Source: an uncultured Acidimicrobiales bacterium
Lineage (GTDB): Bacteria; Actinomycetota; Acidimicrobiia; Acidimicrobiales; SHLQ01
DNA length: 64,000 bases
Reading direction: 5' to 3'
Assembly: GCA_964451305.1 (NCBI GenBank)
Contig: CAYVHV010000007.1
Span: forward strand, 20,616 to 84,615
Both the position numbers and the translations under genes were made by a program. Below are positions 18,291-27,977 of the stretch, one piece after another. Positions within the stretch are counted from its first letter, which is position 1. The number at the start of each line of letters is the position of its first letter. The notes beneath the pieces are model-generated. The model saw only the letters and a program-made list of their open reading frames with translations. It made no database searches and had not been told where the DNA came from.

Positions 18291-19640
18291 CTACAGGTCG
18301 TTGAGGAAGATTCGCAATGGGCCCCGCAGATTCCCAATGACGAGATCGTTGTAGCCGCTTCCGGTCAGGTCGACGGCGAGCGGCTTGTAGCCGAAGTGGT
18401 AGTTCTCGACTCCGCTGGCGTGCTCGGCACGTACGAATACCCCGTCGACTCCTTGCAACAAGAACTTGCCGGCGGTTGGGAATTTCTCATGGAGATGCAT
18501 GGGGTACGCCAAGTAGTTCTCGGTGATGACCATGTCCACACGCCCGTTGTTGGTGAAGTCAGCAAAGATCGATCCCCACGCAAAGGCTTGGGTGACGGTG
18601 CCGGTTTCTTTGGTCGCGTCGGTGAACTGGTAGTTGCCTTCGTTGCGGAAAAGGCGCGATGCCAGGTCGCTCTTTTGGTCCTTGCGCAGGTCGCCACGGG
18701 CCAAGTGTTCGGGAACGGACTTTCCCGAGTTCGCGAGGAAGAAATCGGGGAGGCCGCTCCCGTTGGTGTCGCCCACGGCGAGTCCCATCCAGAATCCGTA
18801 CTCGCCTGGAAGGTGTTTCTCGGTGAACGTGCCGTCGCCGTTGTTGCCCCACATTCGTGGACGATCGGTGTTGAGCGCAACAACAACGTCGGGGTAGCCA
18901 TCTCCGGTGAAGTCGGTGAGCGTGGCGTCAAAGCAATTCTGTCGTAGAGACAAACCAGCGGCCTCGGTCGACTCGACGAACGTGCCATCGCCCTGGTTGA
19001 TGTAGAAGGCGTTGTCGACACTGACCTCGGGGTCGTTATACACGATCGGTGTCATCAACTTTGGCTTGATGAAGGTGCTGACATAGAGGTCGAGGTGTCC
19101 CGACTTCCGAGTATCGGCGAGGTTCATGCTCAGAGCGAGCGAACGTTCGGGGTCGGGGAGCTCGATATCGAGTCTCGTTTCCGTGTAGCTGTGAGACTCG
19201 GGGGAGCGGGAGTACAAGTAGATCCCGCTCTCCATACCGATGAGAATCTCGTCCTCGCCATCGTTATCGATATCGCCGATCGCAATGCCGTAGGCGGCCT
19301 GATCGAGCGGGCCTTCTAGGCCGTACTCGCCCGCGATATCTTTCGCCTTGCCATCCTCGATCGTGATCAGCGCGTTGTGTTGACCGAGCCCGCCTGTGAC
19401 GAGGACGGCGTTCGTTCCGTTCCGGGAGACATCGAGGGCTTTGACATCGAGCGCAGGGAAACTGTCGTGAACGTCTTCGAGAAGGTGCTCGAAATCATTG
19501 GCGAGCTCGGTGAAGGTCGGTACGACGTTGCCCTCCTGAGCGGCGAACTCTTTAATGATCTTCTCACGTCGATGCTTGCCCGGAGTTGGGATCGACGCAG
19601 CGAACGGTGCACCGCTGTCTTTGGGGTCTTCGCTGCTCAT
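18291..19640 (-). CDS. FG-GAP/VCBS repeat protein (CRTAC1/ASPIC-UnbV-like)
   Basis: Repeated calcium-binding-type motifs GDIDNDGEDEILIG, TDFTGDGYPDVVVA, VGDTNGSGLPDFFLAN, FADFTNNGRVDMVI and VDLTGSGYNDLVIGN. I see no recognisable signal peptide. Confidence 0.8.
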   Translation of the reverse strand: MSSEDPKDSGAPFAASIPTPGKHRREKIIKEFAAQEGNVVPTFTELANDFEHLLEDVHDSFPALDVKALDVSRNGTNAVLVTGGLGQHNALITIEDGKAKDIAGEYGLEGPLDQAAYGIAIGDIDNDGEDEILIGMESGIYLYSRSPESHSYTETRLDIELPDPERSLALSMNLADTRKSGHLDLYVSTFIKPKLMTPIVYNDPEVSVDNAFYINQGDGTFVESTEAAGLSLRQNCFDATLTDFTGDGYPDVVVALNTDRPRMWGNNGDGTFTEKHLPGEYGFWMGLAVGDTNGSGLPDFFLANSGKSVPEHLARGDLRKDQKSDLASRLFRNEGNYQFTDATKETGTVTQAFAWGSIFADFTNNGRVDMVITENYLAYPMHLHEKFPTAGKFLLQGVDGVFVRAEHASGVENYHFGYKPLAVDLTGSGYNDLVIGNLRGPLRIFLNDL

Positions 19641-19756
19641 CGCATACTCCTCGGTTGTGTTCCGCGGTCATCGTGGCCGAGGTCGTTCATAAAGACCCGC
19701 ACCGGGCCGTTCAAATTCCCTATGACGAGATCGTTGACCCAACAGTGCTCTGCAAA
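19640..19756 (-). pseudogene. relic 3' end of a paralogous FG-GAP gene
   Basis: The minus-strand frame reads (stop)FAEHCWVNDLVIGNLNGPVRVFMNDLGHDDRGTQPRSMR(stop). VNDLVIGNLNGPVRVFMNDL mirrors the C-terminus YNDLVIGNLRGPLRIFLNDL of the intact gene. Its TGA overlaps the ATG of the intact gene (ATGA). Confidence 0.45.
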
Positions 19757-19949
19757 CTAGTGGACGCATCTTTGGCCACGCCAGCGTGATGTGAGAGCGC
19801 CCGCAATTCGTAACACTCACGCAGCGATGCACTGGCTACAGTCAGTGGGGTCGATGGGCGCCATGGGAGCCGTACTCTCATCAGGCTCACGGCGGGCAGT
19901 ATCGGACGACCACGATGCGTTCGAGGTTGGGTAGCGAAAGGTCAGCGCG

Positions 19950-21137
19950 TTGTCAGAACATGAAATTCTTGTCGGACTCGGCATCGTCATTGTCTTTGGC
20001 GTCGCCGCACAAGTCGTCGCTAACCTTCTAAAACTACCCGCAGTCCTATTGCTGCTCGTTGCGGGCTTCGTCGCCGGCCCAGCCACCGGGCTGCTCGACC
20101 CAGACGAGCTCTTTGGCGACCTGCTCTTTCCCGGTGTGGCTCTCGCTGTTGGCATGCTGCTCTTCGACGGCGGTTTACAACTCCGTTTCCGTGAGATCCA
20201 GATGTTTGATGGAGTGGTCTTTCGCCTCGTCACTGTGGGAGTGGTCATCACGTGGCTCGTCGGTGCGGTCACGGTCGGACTCGTGACCGATCTCGACCTG
20301 CGAACGTCACTGCTCGCCGGAGCCATCCTGATCGTGTCGGGCCCGACGGTGGTCATCCCAATCCTCCGCAGAATCATGCCGGACCCGCCCTCGGGGCAGA
20401 TACTCGAGTGGGAGGGCATTCTCATCGACCCGATCGGTGCGACCATCGGCGTTGTGATGCTCGGCGTCGTCCTCGACGGCAACTCTGCGGGAGCCGCAGC
20501 GCTCACGATTTTGATCACGTTGGCTGCAGGGGTCGGCGTTGGGTTCGTCGCCGTCCTATTCGCCACAGCGATCCTGCACAAAGGAGGGCTTCCCGAGCTC
20601 TTGCGGGCCCCAATCGCCGTGGCATTCGCCATCGCTGCGTTCGTCCTGGCGAACCTGATCTCGCCAGAATCTGGCTTGTTCGCGACGACAGTTTTCGGAC
20701 TCGGACTCGCCAACCAAAGCCTGACCCCAGTTGACGACATCTCGGCGTTCGAAGAAGGGGTCGGGGTCTTGGCTGTCGGCGGCCTATTCGTCGTGCTCGG
20801 GGCGCGAATGCCGCTTCAGCCGGTGATCGACAACCTCGTACCTGGAATCCTGCTGCTCGTTGCGCTCATCGTCGTCGCTCGCCCGCTCGCGGTCATCGCA
20901 TCGGTGGCAAACGCAGACATTTCGAGGAAAGACTCACTATTTATGATGGCGCTGGCGCCACGCGGCATCGTCGCTGCCGCTTCGGCGTCGGTTTTTGCCC
21001 TCGAGCTCGAAGACCACGGCATAGAAGGCGGAGACACGCTGATTTCTCTCACCTTCATCGTCATCATCGGCGCAGGGTTGTTCTACGGACTCGGCGCCGG
21101 CCCGATAGGCAAACGTCTCGGCGTCGTCTCAAGCTAG
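19950..21137 (+). CDS. cation:proton antiporter (Na+/H+ exchanger family)
   Basis: Polytopic membrane protein of 395 aa. The N-terminus GIVIVFGVAAQVVANLLKLPAVLLLLVAGFVAGP...LLFDGGLQL is typical of the CPA1 family. It has a TTG start. Confidence 0.8.
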   Translation: MSEHEILVGLGIVIVFGVAAQVVANLLKLPAVLLLLVAGFVAGPATGLLDPDELFGDLLFPGVALAVGMLLFDGGLQLRFREIQMFDGVVFRLVTVGVVITWLVGAVTVGLVTDLDLRTSLLAGAILIVSGPTVVIPILRRIMPDPPSGQILEWEGILIDPIGATIGVVMLGVVLDGNSAGAAALTILITLAAGVGVGFVAVLFATAILHKGGLPELLRAPIAVAFAIAAFVLANLISPESGLFATTVFGLGLANQSLTPVDDISAFEEGVGVLAVGGLFVVLGARMPLQPVIDNLVPGILLLVALIVVARPLAVIASVANADISRKDSLFMMALAPRGIVAAASASVFALELEDHGIEGGDTLISLTFIVIIGAGLFYGLGAGPIGKRLGVVSS

Positions 21138-22004
21138 GAGCGTTTCGACCGCCGGCACGACGTACCAGCCGCTCCCCGTGCAGGTCGAAAAATCCGTGAC
21201 GTGATCGGTGACGCCATCCTCGAGACCAATCATGTTCTCGAGCATCTGCAACGTCCGATCGTGATCCGGGGCGAAGCCGACGAACATCAAGCCGTGTTCT
21301 TCCAAGTTCCCGAAGGGGGTCGAGCGCCGAAACATCTCCAACTCCTCGCCGTCGTCGTCTTCGATGACGACTCGCGAGATGTGGGATCGGTCGACCAGCT
21401 GGGGAGGTTCGAGTTCTTCGGACTCCACCAAGGTCCGGCCGATCACCGCTTCGAGCTCGTGCGAGCTGAGGTGTTCGAGTGTGCTCAAGTCATGAACCCA
21501 ACGTTGTACGAGAACGACCGGCGCCAGCATCGAATCGTCCGAGGAGAAGAGGTCGATCGCTTCGTGAATTGGTGGGTTCTCTGTGCCGTCTTCGAAGCCG
21601 CTCATGTCGCGGCTGTCGAGGTACGTGAACGCAGGTTGTTCGCTCGCGAGAGACGCATGGGGCGCAAGTTCAGAGACGAGCGCGCGGCTCGCATCGAAGA
21701 GCCCATCGATGCTCGACCCGTGCATCCATACCCACAGGTCGTACTGCTCAGCGGGCAGGGACACGCCATTTGCGTTCATCGCCTCGAAATCGCCTAGACC
21801 GGAAGACACGATCTCCGGGTCGAGCCGACGCGCAAGGTCGGGACGCAACCCAACGACGACGTTCACGCCCCGCACGCTCGTCACAGACCCAAACATCGAC
21901 GTGAGCGCCTCGCGAATGCCACCCTCGTCGGTCACGGTGAAGTACAGGTGTTGATGCGAGCGAGACCCGAGAGCGAAAATCCCTGGTTGCTGTGTCATGT
22001 CCAA
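21129..22004 (-). CDS. Dyp-type (dye-decolorizing) heme peroxidase
   Basis: QPGIFALGSRSHQHLYF at the N-terminus and MFRRSTPFG...LMFVGFAPD at the C-terminus are typical of the DyP/YfeX family. Confidence 0.8.
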   Translation of the reverse strand: MDMTQQPGIFALGSRSHQHLYFTVTDEGGIREALTSMFGSVTSVRGVNVVVGLRPDLARRLDPEIVSSGLGDFEAMNANGVSLPAEQYDLWVWMHGSSIDGLFDASRALVSELAPHASLASEQPAFTYLDSRDMSGFEDGTENPPIHEAIDLFSSDDSMLAPVVLVQRWVHDLSTLEHLSSHELEAVIGRTLVESEELEPPQLVDRSHISRVVIEDDDGEELEMFRRSTPFGNLEEHGLMFVGFAPDHDRTLQMLENMIGLEDGVTDHVTDFSTCTGSGWYVVPAVETLLA

Positions 22005-22042
22005 GCGTCTCCAGTTCTCACCTCAGACCAGGTGGTATCGGG

Positions 22043-22798
22043 CTAGCGGTATTCGGGGTTCGGGAAGTCGAGCGAGCAGCCAGCGTCCCAGTCGCCAGGC
22101 CGATTGCCATAGGCAGGGAATCCGCCCGCGTCCTTGAGCATCCGGGCGGTATGGAGCAAGTTCCATGTCATGAACGTCGTGTTGCGGTTCGTGAAGTCGT
22201 TCTCGGGGCCGCCAGATCCCTCGTCGAGGTATGAGGGTCCAGGGCCTACCTCGCCGAGCCATGCCGCATCGGACTGTGGCGGAATCATGAAACCGAGGTG
22301 CTGCATTGACCACAACAGGTTCATCGAGGCGTGCTTCGCCCCATCTTCATTACCGGTGATCAACGAACCCGCGGTGAGCCCGTAATACGGCAACTGGCCC
22401 TTGTCGTTGACCACACCGTGCTGGGAATAGAGACGCTCAACGAACTGGGTTGCCACCGACGACTTCTCGCCAAGCCAAATCGACGCTCCGACGACCAAGA
22501 TGTCGGCGGCGATGATCTTGCTGTATAGCTGAGGCCAATCATCGACCTCCCAACCGTGTTCGGTCATATCGGGCATAACACCGACGGCGATCTGGTAATC
22601 GATGGGCCGAATAATCTCCGTCGCGACACCATTGGCTTCCATAATCGCTTGCGACATCTTGATGAGGCCCTCCGTGTGCGAGAGCTCCGGCGAACGTTTC
22701 AACGTGCAGTTCACAAAGACGGCGCTCAGGTCGGAGTAGTCGACGGGGCTGTCTTCACACAGCTGCTTCTGGTGTTCGTTCAATGTCATCGTTTGCAA
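22043..22798 (-). CDS. flavodoxin-like NAD(P)H-dependent FMN oxidoreductase
   Basis: FVNCTLKRSPELSHTEGL, ADILVVGASIWLGEKSS and ITGNEDGAKH are motifs of the flavodoxin_2/FMN reductase fold. Confidence 0.7.
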   Translation of the reverse strand: MQTMTLNEHQKQLCEDSPVDYSDLSAVFVNCTLKRSPELSHTEGLIKMSQAIMEANGVATEIIRPIDYQIAVGVMPDMTEHGWEVDDWPQLYSKIIAADILVVGASIWLGEKSSVATQFVERLYSQHGVVNDKGQLPYYGLTAGSLITGNEDGAKHASMNLLWSMQHLGFMIPPQSDAAWLGEVGPGPSYLDEGSGGPENDFTNRNTTFMTWNLLHTARMLKDAGGFPAYGNRPGDWDAGCSLDFPNPEYR

Positions 22799-22848
22799 AT
22801 TTCCTTCATTGCGTTCGTCGCCCTGAAATGGGCGTGAGTCTTAGCGCG

Positions 22849-24117
22849 CTAGCTAAACGGCTTTTTGTTCAGCCGCCACCGAATTGGGCTCTCCGCCATG
22901 TCGCCAAGTTCGGCCATTTCTGGGCGCCCGTGCTTAGAAAACCATACCGAGTACGCCTTGGCACCCGGCGCGGCCGTGATGCCGTGCAGCACGACCGAGC
23001 AGAAGATGGTGATCGTGATAATCGTGAACAACGGGCTTTCGCCCGAGCCTTCCTCGGACACGATCAGCAACCCGAACAGCAGCGAGGCGAGGCCCCTCGG
23101 GCCGAACCAGCCGAAGAAGACCACCGTCCAGCTTTTTACTCCGGTTCCGATCAAGGAAAGAGCGACAGGCAACATACGCCCGACCGTGAGCGTCAGAATC
23201 ACAAAGATGATGATCGGCAGGGTGAGCTCGCCCAGGGCGGGCCAGACCAACTTGGCGCCGAAGACAATAAAGGTGACCTCGGCGCCGACCTGGCCGATGT
23301 TTTCGGCGAGCTCTACGTGGTCGGCCGTCGAACGTCCAATGAGGGCTCGAACCGTCAGGCCACACACAAACGCTGCGATAAAGCCGTTACCTCCAAGAGC
23401 GGTCGACGCGGTGAACGCAACGATGGCGGCGGAGAAGGCCACGAGTTGTGCTCCACCTTCGTCGGTCCACTTCTTTGCGTGCACCCAGGGGTTCACACGG
23501 CTCAAGAGGGCGCCGAGCACCCCGCCGACGGCGATACCGATACCGATCTCTGCGGCTGCTTCACCGAGGATTGCACCTCGGCTTTCCAGAACGCCACCTG
23601 CGGCAAGTGCTGCAAACACCGCTACGACCGGAACGACGAGCCCGTCGTTGAGTCCTGACTCGACGTTGAGGGTTTGTCGGACGCGCACCGGCACGCTTTT
23701 GTTCGCCACCACCGCCTGCCCGAGTGCGGCATCGGTTGGGGCGAGTACCGCTGCTACCAACGCCGCCTCGGCCCAGCTCAATTCGTCGAGTAACAACAGC
23801 GCAAAGACGGTTCCGAGGCCGATCGTCAGCGGGAGTCCGATAGAGAGAAGGCGAGCTGGCATGCTGAACGACGACCGCAGGGTTGCGCTATCGATCCGGG
23901 CAGCGTCAGAAAACAAGAGCAAGCCGAGCGTGAGTTCAGCGATGAGAACGACGCCTTCTTCCTCGAGGCCAACGTCGAAAAGGTTCAGCACGTCGGGGCT
24001 GAGCAGCATCCCGGCGCCGACGAAGATCATCGGCGCGGTGAAGGGCAGTTTCGTGATTCGAATTCGGACCACCGAGACGAGGGCGAGAACCGCTGCGAGG
24101 ATTGCGATGCTAGTCAC
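22849..24117 (-). CDS. cation:proton antiporter (Na+/H+ exchanger family)
   Basis: Polytopic 422-aa protein. TAPMIFVGAGMLLSP...LGLLLFSDAARID and ESGLNDGLVVP are typical of the family. Confidence 0.85.
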   Translation of the reverse strand: MTSIAILAAVLALVSVVRIRITKLPFTAPMIFVGAGMLLSPDVLNLFDVGLEEEGVVLIAELTLGLLLFSDAARIDSATLRSSFSMPARLLSIGLPLTIGLGTVFALLLLDELSWAEAALVAAVLAPTDAALGQAVVANKSVPVRVRQTLNVESGLNDGLVVPVVAVFAALAAGGVLESRGAILGEAAAEIGIGIAVGGVLGALLSRVNPWVHAKKWTDEGGAQLVAFSAAIVAFTASTALGGNGFIAAFVCGLTVRALIGRSTADHVELAENIGQVGAEVTFIVFGAKLVWPALGELTLPIIIFVILTLTVGRMLPVALSLIGTGVKSWTVVFFGWFGPRGLASLLFGLLIVSEEGSGESPLFTIITITIFCSVVLHGITAAPGAKAYSVWFSKHGRPEMAELGDMAESPIRWRLNKKPFS

Positions 24118-25195
24118 CGGGCATTACTACCATGTCATCGTCTGAACCCCAATAGGAGGGGAGGTCGCCGACGAGCGCCCGTAGGCCGACGATCGAACGG
24201 TCATAATTCATGCGCCAGCCAATGAAGGTCTCCCATGCAGCATCTCGCCCGTCGGGAACCGGTACCCCGGCCGACGCAATGGCGTCGACCAACATGTCGA
24301 AGTCGTCGCGGGTTATCGAGAGCGAGTCAACGCCGGTGCCAAGCCGGCTCATTTCTGGTTCGACCCGGTAAAAATCGGCAATACTGCGCAACGCAAGAGC
24401 ACCGGACCGAAGCATTAACTCAGCAGAGCCCGGCCGAGCTTCGAAGCCTAGACAGTTGACGAGCGCCGCGGTGTCGAGCGCAGTCTCTGCAGCGGTCAAC
24501 CACGATCGGTCGGGGCTTGCCGAACGGAAGTAGATGAGGGCGGGGAAGCTCGTATGGGTTTCTCCTAACTCGACGAACCAGCCCTCCCATTCGGCCCAAC
24601 CTTCTTCGATGGGATGAGCCCGGCCAATCGCATTGAGCCGGGTGAGCAAGGTGACCGGGTTTGGCGGCTCACCCGCTCGGGTCGTGAGCTTGCCAACCGC
24701 TATTTCGCGTCGGGAGAACGTTCCGTAGAGGGTCGGTAGAAAGCTGATCATCAGCGCAACGATGCCGAGGCCGAGCAGTGCTTCGATAACGGCGAGCGCT
24801 TGGGCCGCACCATTGGGCGGTGGAATGAAGCCGAGCGTCGTGATCGACGACCCGGAAAACCCGAAGCTCTCGGACCACGACCCGACGCCGACAGCCCAGT
24901 ACATGCATGCGAACGAGGCGATCAGCCCAGCCGACCAGATCAGCGGCAAGCTCAGAAGGACAGAGGGGGCGAACGCTCCAAGAATTTTGTGGCGCATCCA
25001 CGAGGGCACCTTTGCACCCAACCAATGGGCAATTCGGCGGCTGACGTTGAAGAGCGTGACGGTGAGCCAGACGCGTTCGGGTCGGGGAATGACGACGGAC
25101 CGGACGATCGAGACCAAGACCCAGACCGTGCCTATAACGCCGGCTGCGAAGACCAGCGAACGTATGAACATCTCTTTCCCCACACTTGTGGCCAA
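24110..25195 (-). CDS. membrane protein with a two-TM ion-channel-like pore region and a soluble C-terminal domain
   Basis: Pore-helix/filter-like segment SGSSITTLGFIPPPNG lies between two hydrophobic helices. The gene overlaps the downstream antiporter gene by 8 nt. Confidence 0.5.
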   Translation of the reverse strand: MATSVGKEMFIRSLVFAAGVIGTVWVLVSIVRSVVIPRPERVWLTVTLFNVSRRIAHWLGAKVPSWMRHKILGAFAPSVLLSLPLIWSAGLIASFACMYWAVGVGSWSESFGFSGSSITTLGFIPPPNGAAQALAVIEALLGLGIVALMISFLPTLYGTFSRREIAVGKLTTRAGEPPNPVTLLTRLNAIGRAHPIEEGWAEWEGWFVELGETHTSFPALIYFRSASPDRSWLTAAETALDTAALVNCLGFEARPGSAELMLRSGALALRSIADFYRVEPEMSRLGTGVDSLSITRDDFDMLVDAIASAGVPVPDGRDAAWETFIGWRMNYDRSIVGLRALVGDLPSYWGSDDDMVVMPGD

Positions 25196-25368
25196 CCTGC
25201 GCCGATGACGCTAGCAGCGTCGTTGCGAGGCAGCGTCATCGCCATGAAGTGTTCACGAGTTCAGCGACAAGGGTCTTTGCTATGGTCTGTGAACGTGCCC
25301 TCTTGGGCATGTTTCAGTTTCAAATTGCGAGCATCGGCTCGAACCAGGAACGAAGGAATTATCGCACT

Positions 25369-26082
25369 ATGGCAACGCAGTACCCCATCTTTTCCACCGA
25401 CGACCTCGGGTGGTTGACCGCTCCGCAGATGCTCGAAGTCGACCGGATCATGATGGAAGATCTTCAGATCGAACTGATCCAGATGATGGAGAACGCTGGG
25501 CGGAACCTCGCGCAGCTGATCCTCGATCGTTACCAGCCAGCATCGGTGACCGTGCTCGCAGGCTCAGGCGGCAACGGCGGGGGTGGGTTGGTGGCGGCAC
25601 GAAACCTGGCGAACCGCGGCGTCGACGTGAGTGTCACGTTGGGTCAGCCCGCCGAGAACTTGGGGCCGGTACCTGCGCACCAGCTCGACATTTTGAACCG
25701 AATGAGTGTTCCGATCGAAGACGAGCCGCGCACTTCCGACGTCGTCATCGACGCACTCATTGGATACAGCCTGAAGGGGGAGCCTCGGGGACGAATTGCC
25801 GAACTTATTGAGGCAACGGCGTCGATGGACTCGCCGATCGTGTCGCTCGACAACCCATCGGGGCTCAACGTCACCGACGGAACGGTGCCCGGCGTCGTCG
25901 TCCAGGCTGACGCGACGATGACGCTCGCTCTGCCAAAGATCGGCCTTCGCGACTCGAGCGAAGTCGGCGCGCTATTCCTCGCCGACATTTCGGTACCACC
26001 GTTCGTCTACGACTCCGTTGGGGTTACCCCGGCACCGGATTTCACGACGAGCACGCTTATCGAAGTAACGATGGGGGACTAG
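25369..26082 (+). CDS. NAD(P)H-hydrate epimerase (YjeF N-terminal domain protein)
   Basis: VTVLAGSGGNGGGGLVAARNLANRG...DALIGYSL. I chose the ATG at 25369 over the ORF-track start at 25186. Confidence 0.75.
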   Translation: MATQYPIFSTDDLGWLTAPQMLEVDRIMMEDLQIELIQMMENAGRNLAQLILDRYQPASVTVLAGSGGNGGGGLVAARNLANRGVDVSVTLGQPAENLGPVPAHQLDILNRMSVPIEDEPRTSDVVIDALIGYSLKGEPRGRIAELIEATASMDSPIVSLDNPSGLNVTDGTVPGVVVQADATMTLALPKIGLRDSSEVGALFLADISVPPFVYDSVGVTPAPDFTTSTLIEVTMGD

Positions 26083-26085
26083 CAA

Positions 26086-26877
26086 ATGATCCACGACGTC
26101 GTCCTCAGTCCATTCGGAGCCACGATGCCTGAGCTCCTCGACGCGGCCCGCTGCGCTGAAGACAGTGGCTTCGGCGGTATTTGGACCTATGACCACCTCA
26201 CCGGGGTGATGCTCGACCGTGGGGCGTCGCTCGACGCGTTCGTGTTCCTCGGAGCGGTCGCTGCGGTTACGAGCAGCGTTCGGGTCGGGCCGTTGGTCGC
26301 GAACATGATGAACCGCCACCCAGCTCGGCTGGCGTTGGCGATGTCTTCGCTGCAATCGCTCAGTTCTGGGCGCGCCGTGTTGGGGCTCGGTAGCGGCTCA
26401 GCACCCGGGTCTCGTTTCGCTGGCGAACAAGAGACCGTCGGAATTCACTTGCTCGACGGCGAAGGTCGCTCCCGTCGTCTCGAAGAGACGATTCGGCTCG
26501 TCCGCGCAACGTGGGCCGGAGCAAACGAGTTCCATGGCGAGTTCTTCGATGTGTTCGACCCGGGCCTCGGGCTGGTCGAGCCGGACCCTCCTCCTATCAT
26601 CGTCGGAGCGAGCGGACCGCGTACCATCGAAATGGCGATGGTCCACGCCGATGGGGTCAACATCACCGCAGGCAAGAAGCTCGCCGGTCTCATCGAACTG
26701 GTTCAGGGGCGCGAAGCCACCACGCCATTCGAGACATCGGTGCACATCCCCGTCGACCTCGAACACGAGATGGGCGGCTCGCTGCCAGATGGACAGCTCG
26801 CTCGACGGGTACTCGCTTGGAATGCCCCGTTCGATCTCGACGCGATGACGAAGATCGGAAACGCGCTACATCGATAG
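26086..26877 (+). CDS. LLM-class (luciferase-like) flavin/F420-dependent oxidoreductase
   Basis: GFGGIWTYDHL...RVGPLVANMMNRHPARLALAMSSLQSLSSGRAVLGLGSG. Confidence 0.75.
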   Translation: MIHDVVLSPFGATMPELLDAARCAEDSGFGGIWTYDHLTGVMLDRGASLDAFVFLGAVAAVTSSVRVGPLVANMMNRHPARLALAMSSLQSLSSGRAVLGLGSGSAPGSRFAGEQETVGIHLLDGEGRSRRLEETIRLVRATWAGANEFHGEFFDVFDPGLGLVEPDPPPIIVGASGPRTIEMAMVHADGVNITAGKKLAGLIELVQGREATTPFETSVHIPVDLEHEMGGSLPDGQLARRVLAWNAPFDLDAMTKIGNALHR

Positions 26878-26935
26878 ACTCGAATCGCATAACGTACGAG
26901 AAATCCGCAAAACGCTGGAAATTTTGGGGGGAACC

Positions 26936-27931
26936 ATGACCGACGGGCAACTTTTTGCGCCGACCGCGCAACATCTGGCGATGCCAGAGGAGACACGAGT
27001 AGTCCTTGCACACCAATGGGAACAACTCGCTCAGGCCGGTACCTGGTGGAGCGGAGAACAACGAGTAGATATCGCCAGCGTTGGACGAGCGGCGAGCCGA
27101 GGTCTTCCAGAACCTGATGCATCGTCCATTAGCGACGTCGCTCGCCGAGCAGCCACGGCGGTCGCTACCGCTGCCGGCAGCATCACCAAGGAAACTGTCG
27201 AGGGCTATGTCGCCGACGGTTTGAGCCCGCTTCACTACGTCGAGCTCGTGAGCATCATCGCTCGCACGACAGCGATCGATACGGCGACCGTCGGCCTCGG
27301 GAACGGACTCGAACCATACCTTCCGCCAGTCCCAGGAGCGCCGAGCAACGCAGAGGTGCCGGGCGCCAAACGACGGTCAGCGTGGGTGCCGATGGTTGGA
27401 GCCGCGGGAGCAACGTCGGCTCTGTCGGCGGTCACCGCCGAAGACCGGGCACAAGAACAACTCCATGGAGCGCTGTACCTGAGTTACTTCGAGATGGGGA
27501 ATTTCGGCATCGAGAAGGGGCTCAACCGACCCCAGATGGAGCTCCTGGCAGCCAGAACATCTCTGGTAAACGATTGCTATTTTTGACTGTTTGCACACTC
27601 CGGCATGCTCCGTGCGAGCGCCCATATGTCTCACCAAGACATCAACCTGAAAGCCGTCGGCGATAGCACGCTCGACCCGAACCTACCGGCAGGTCCACAG
27701 CTGCTGGCCTTTGCTGACGCACTCCTCGGAAGCGACGACGATGCGCTCGACAGTGCTCGCTCGGCGCTCACCGATGTCGCTGGCTCGGACTCGACGGCGC
27801 GGGCCGCCCTCGTCGTCGGCAACTTTGAAATGATGAATCGACTGCTCGACGCAACCGGGGTGCCGGTGCCGATCAGCATGGGATCGATTACCTCCGAGCT
27901 CGGACTCCCAGCCTTCACCGGGCGTCACTGA
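26936..27931 (+). CDS. AhpD/carboxymuconolactone-decarboxylase (CMD)-family protein, predicted selenoprotein (CYFU instead of CxxC); TGA at 27584-27586 read as Sec
   Basis: Track ORFs 26924..27586 and 27605..27931 share one frame. Read-through gives ...ELLAARTSLVNDCYF-U-LFAHSGMLRAS..., which matches the AhpD-core motif N-x-C-x-[YF]-C-x-x-x-H with the second Cys replaced by UGA. The ATG at 26936 is preceded by GGGGGGA. Confidence 0.65.
27602..27622 (+). promoter_or_regulatory. candidate SECIS hairpin for the 27584 UGA
   Basis: GGC-(AU bulge)-GCTC-CGTGC-GAGC-GCC gives 7 bp in total with a 2-nt bulge and the apical loop CGUGC. The stem starts 18 nt after the U of UGA. Confidence 0.45.
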
Positions 27932-27977
27932 CCCTGCACAAACGAATGCTCTTGAATTGCAATGAAAGGAACGGCAT

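Noticed and set aside
22865-24145. 426-aa plus-strand ORF
   Set aside because: It lies antisense to the Na+/H+ antiporter and has a Ser/Ala/Pro/Thr-rich mirror composition.
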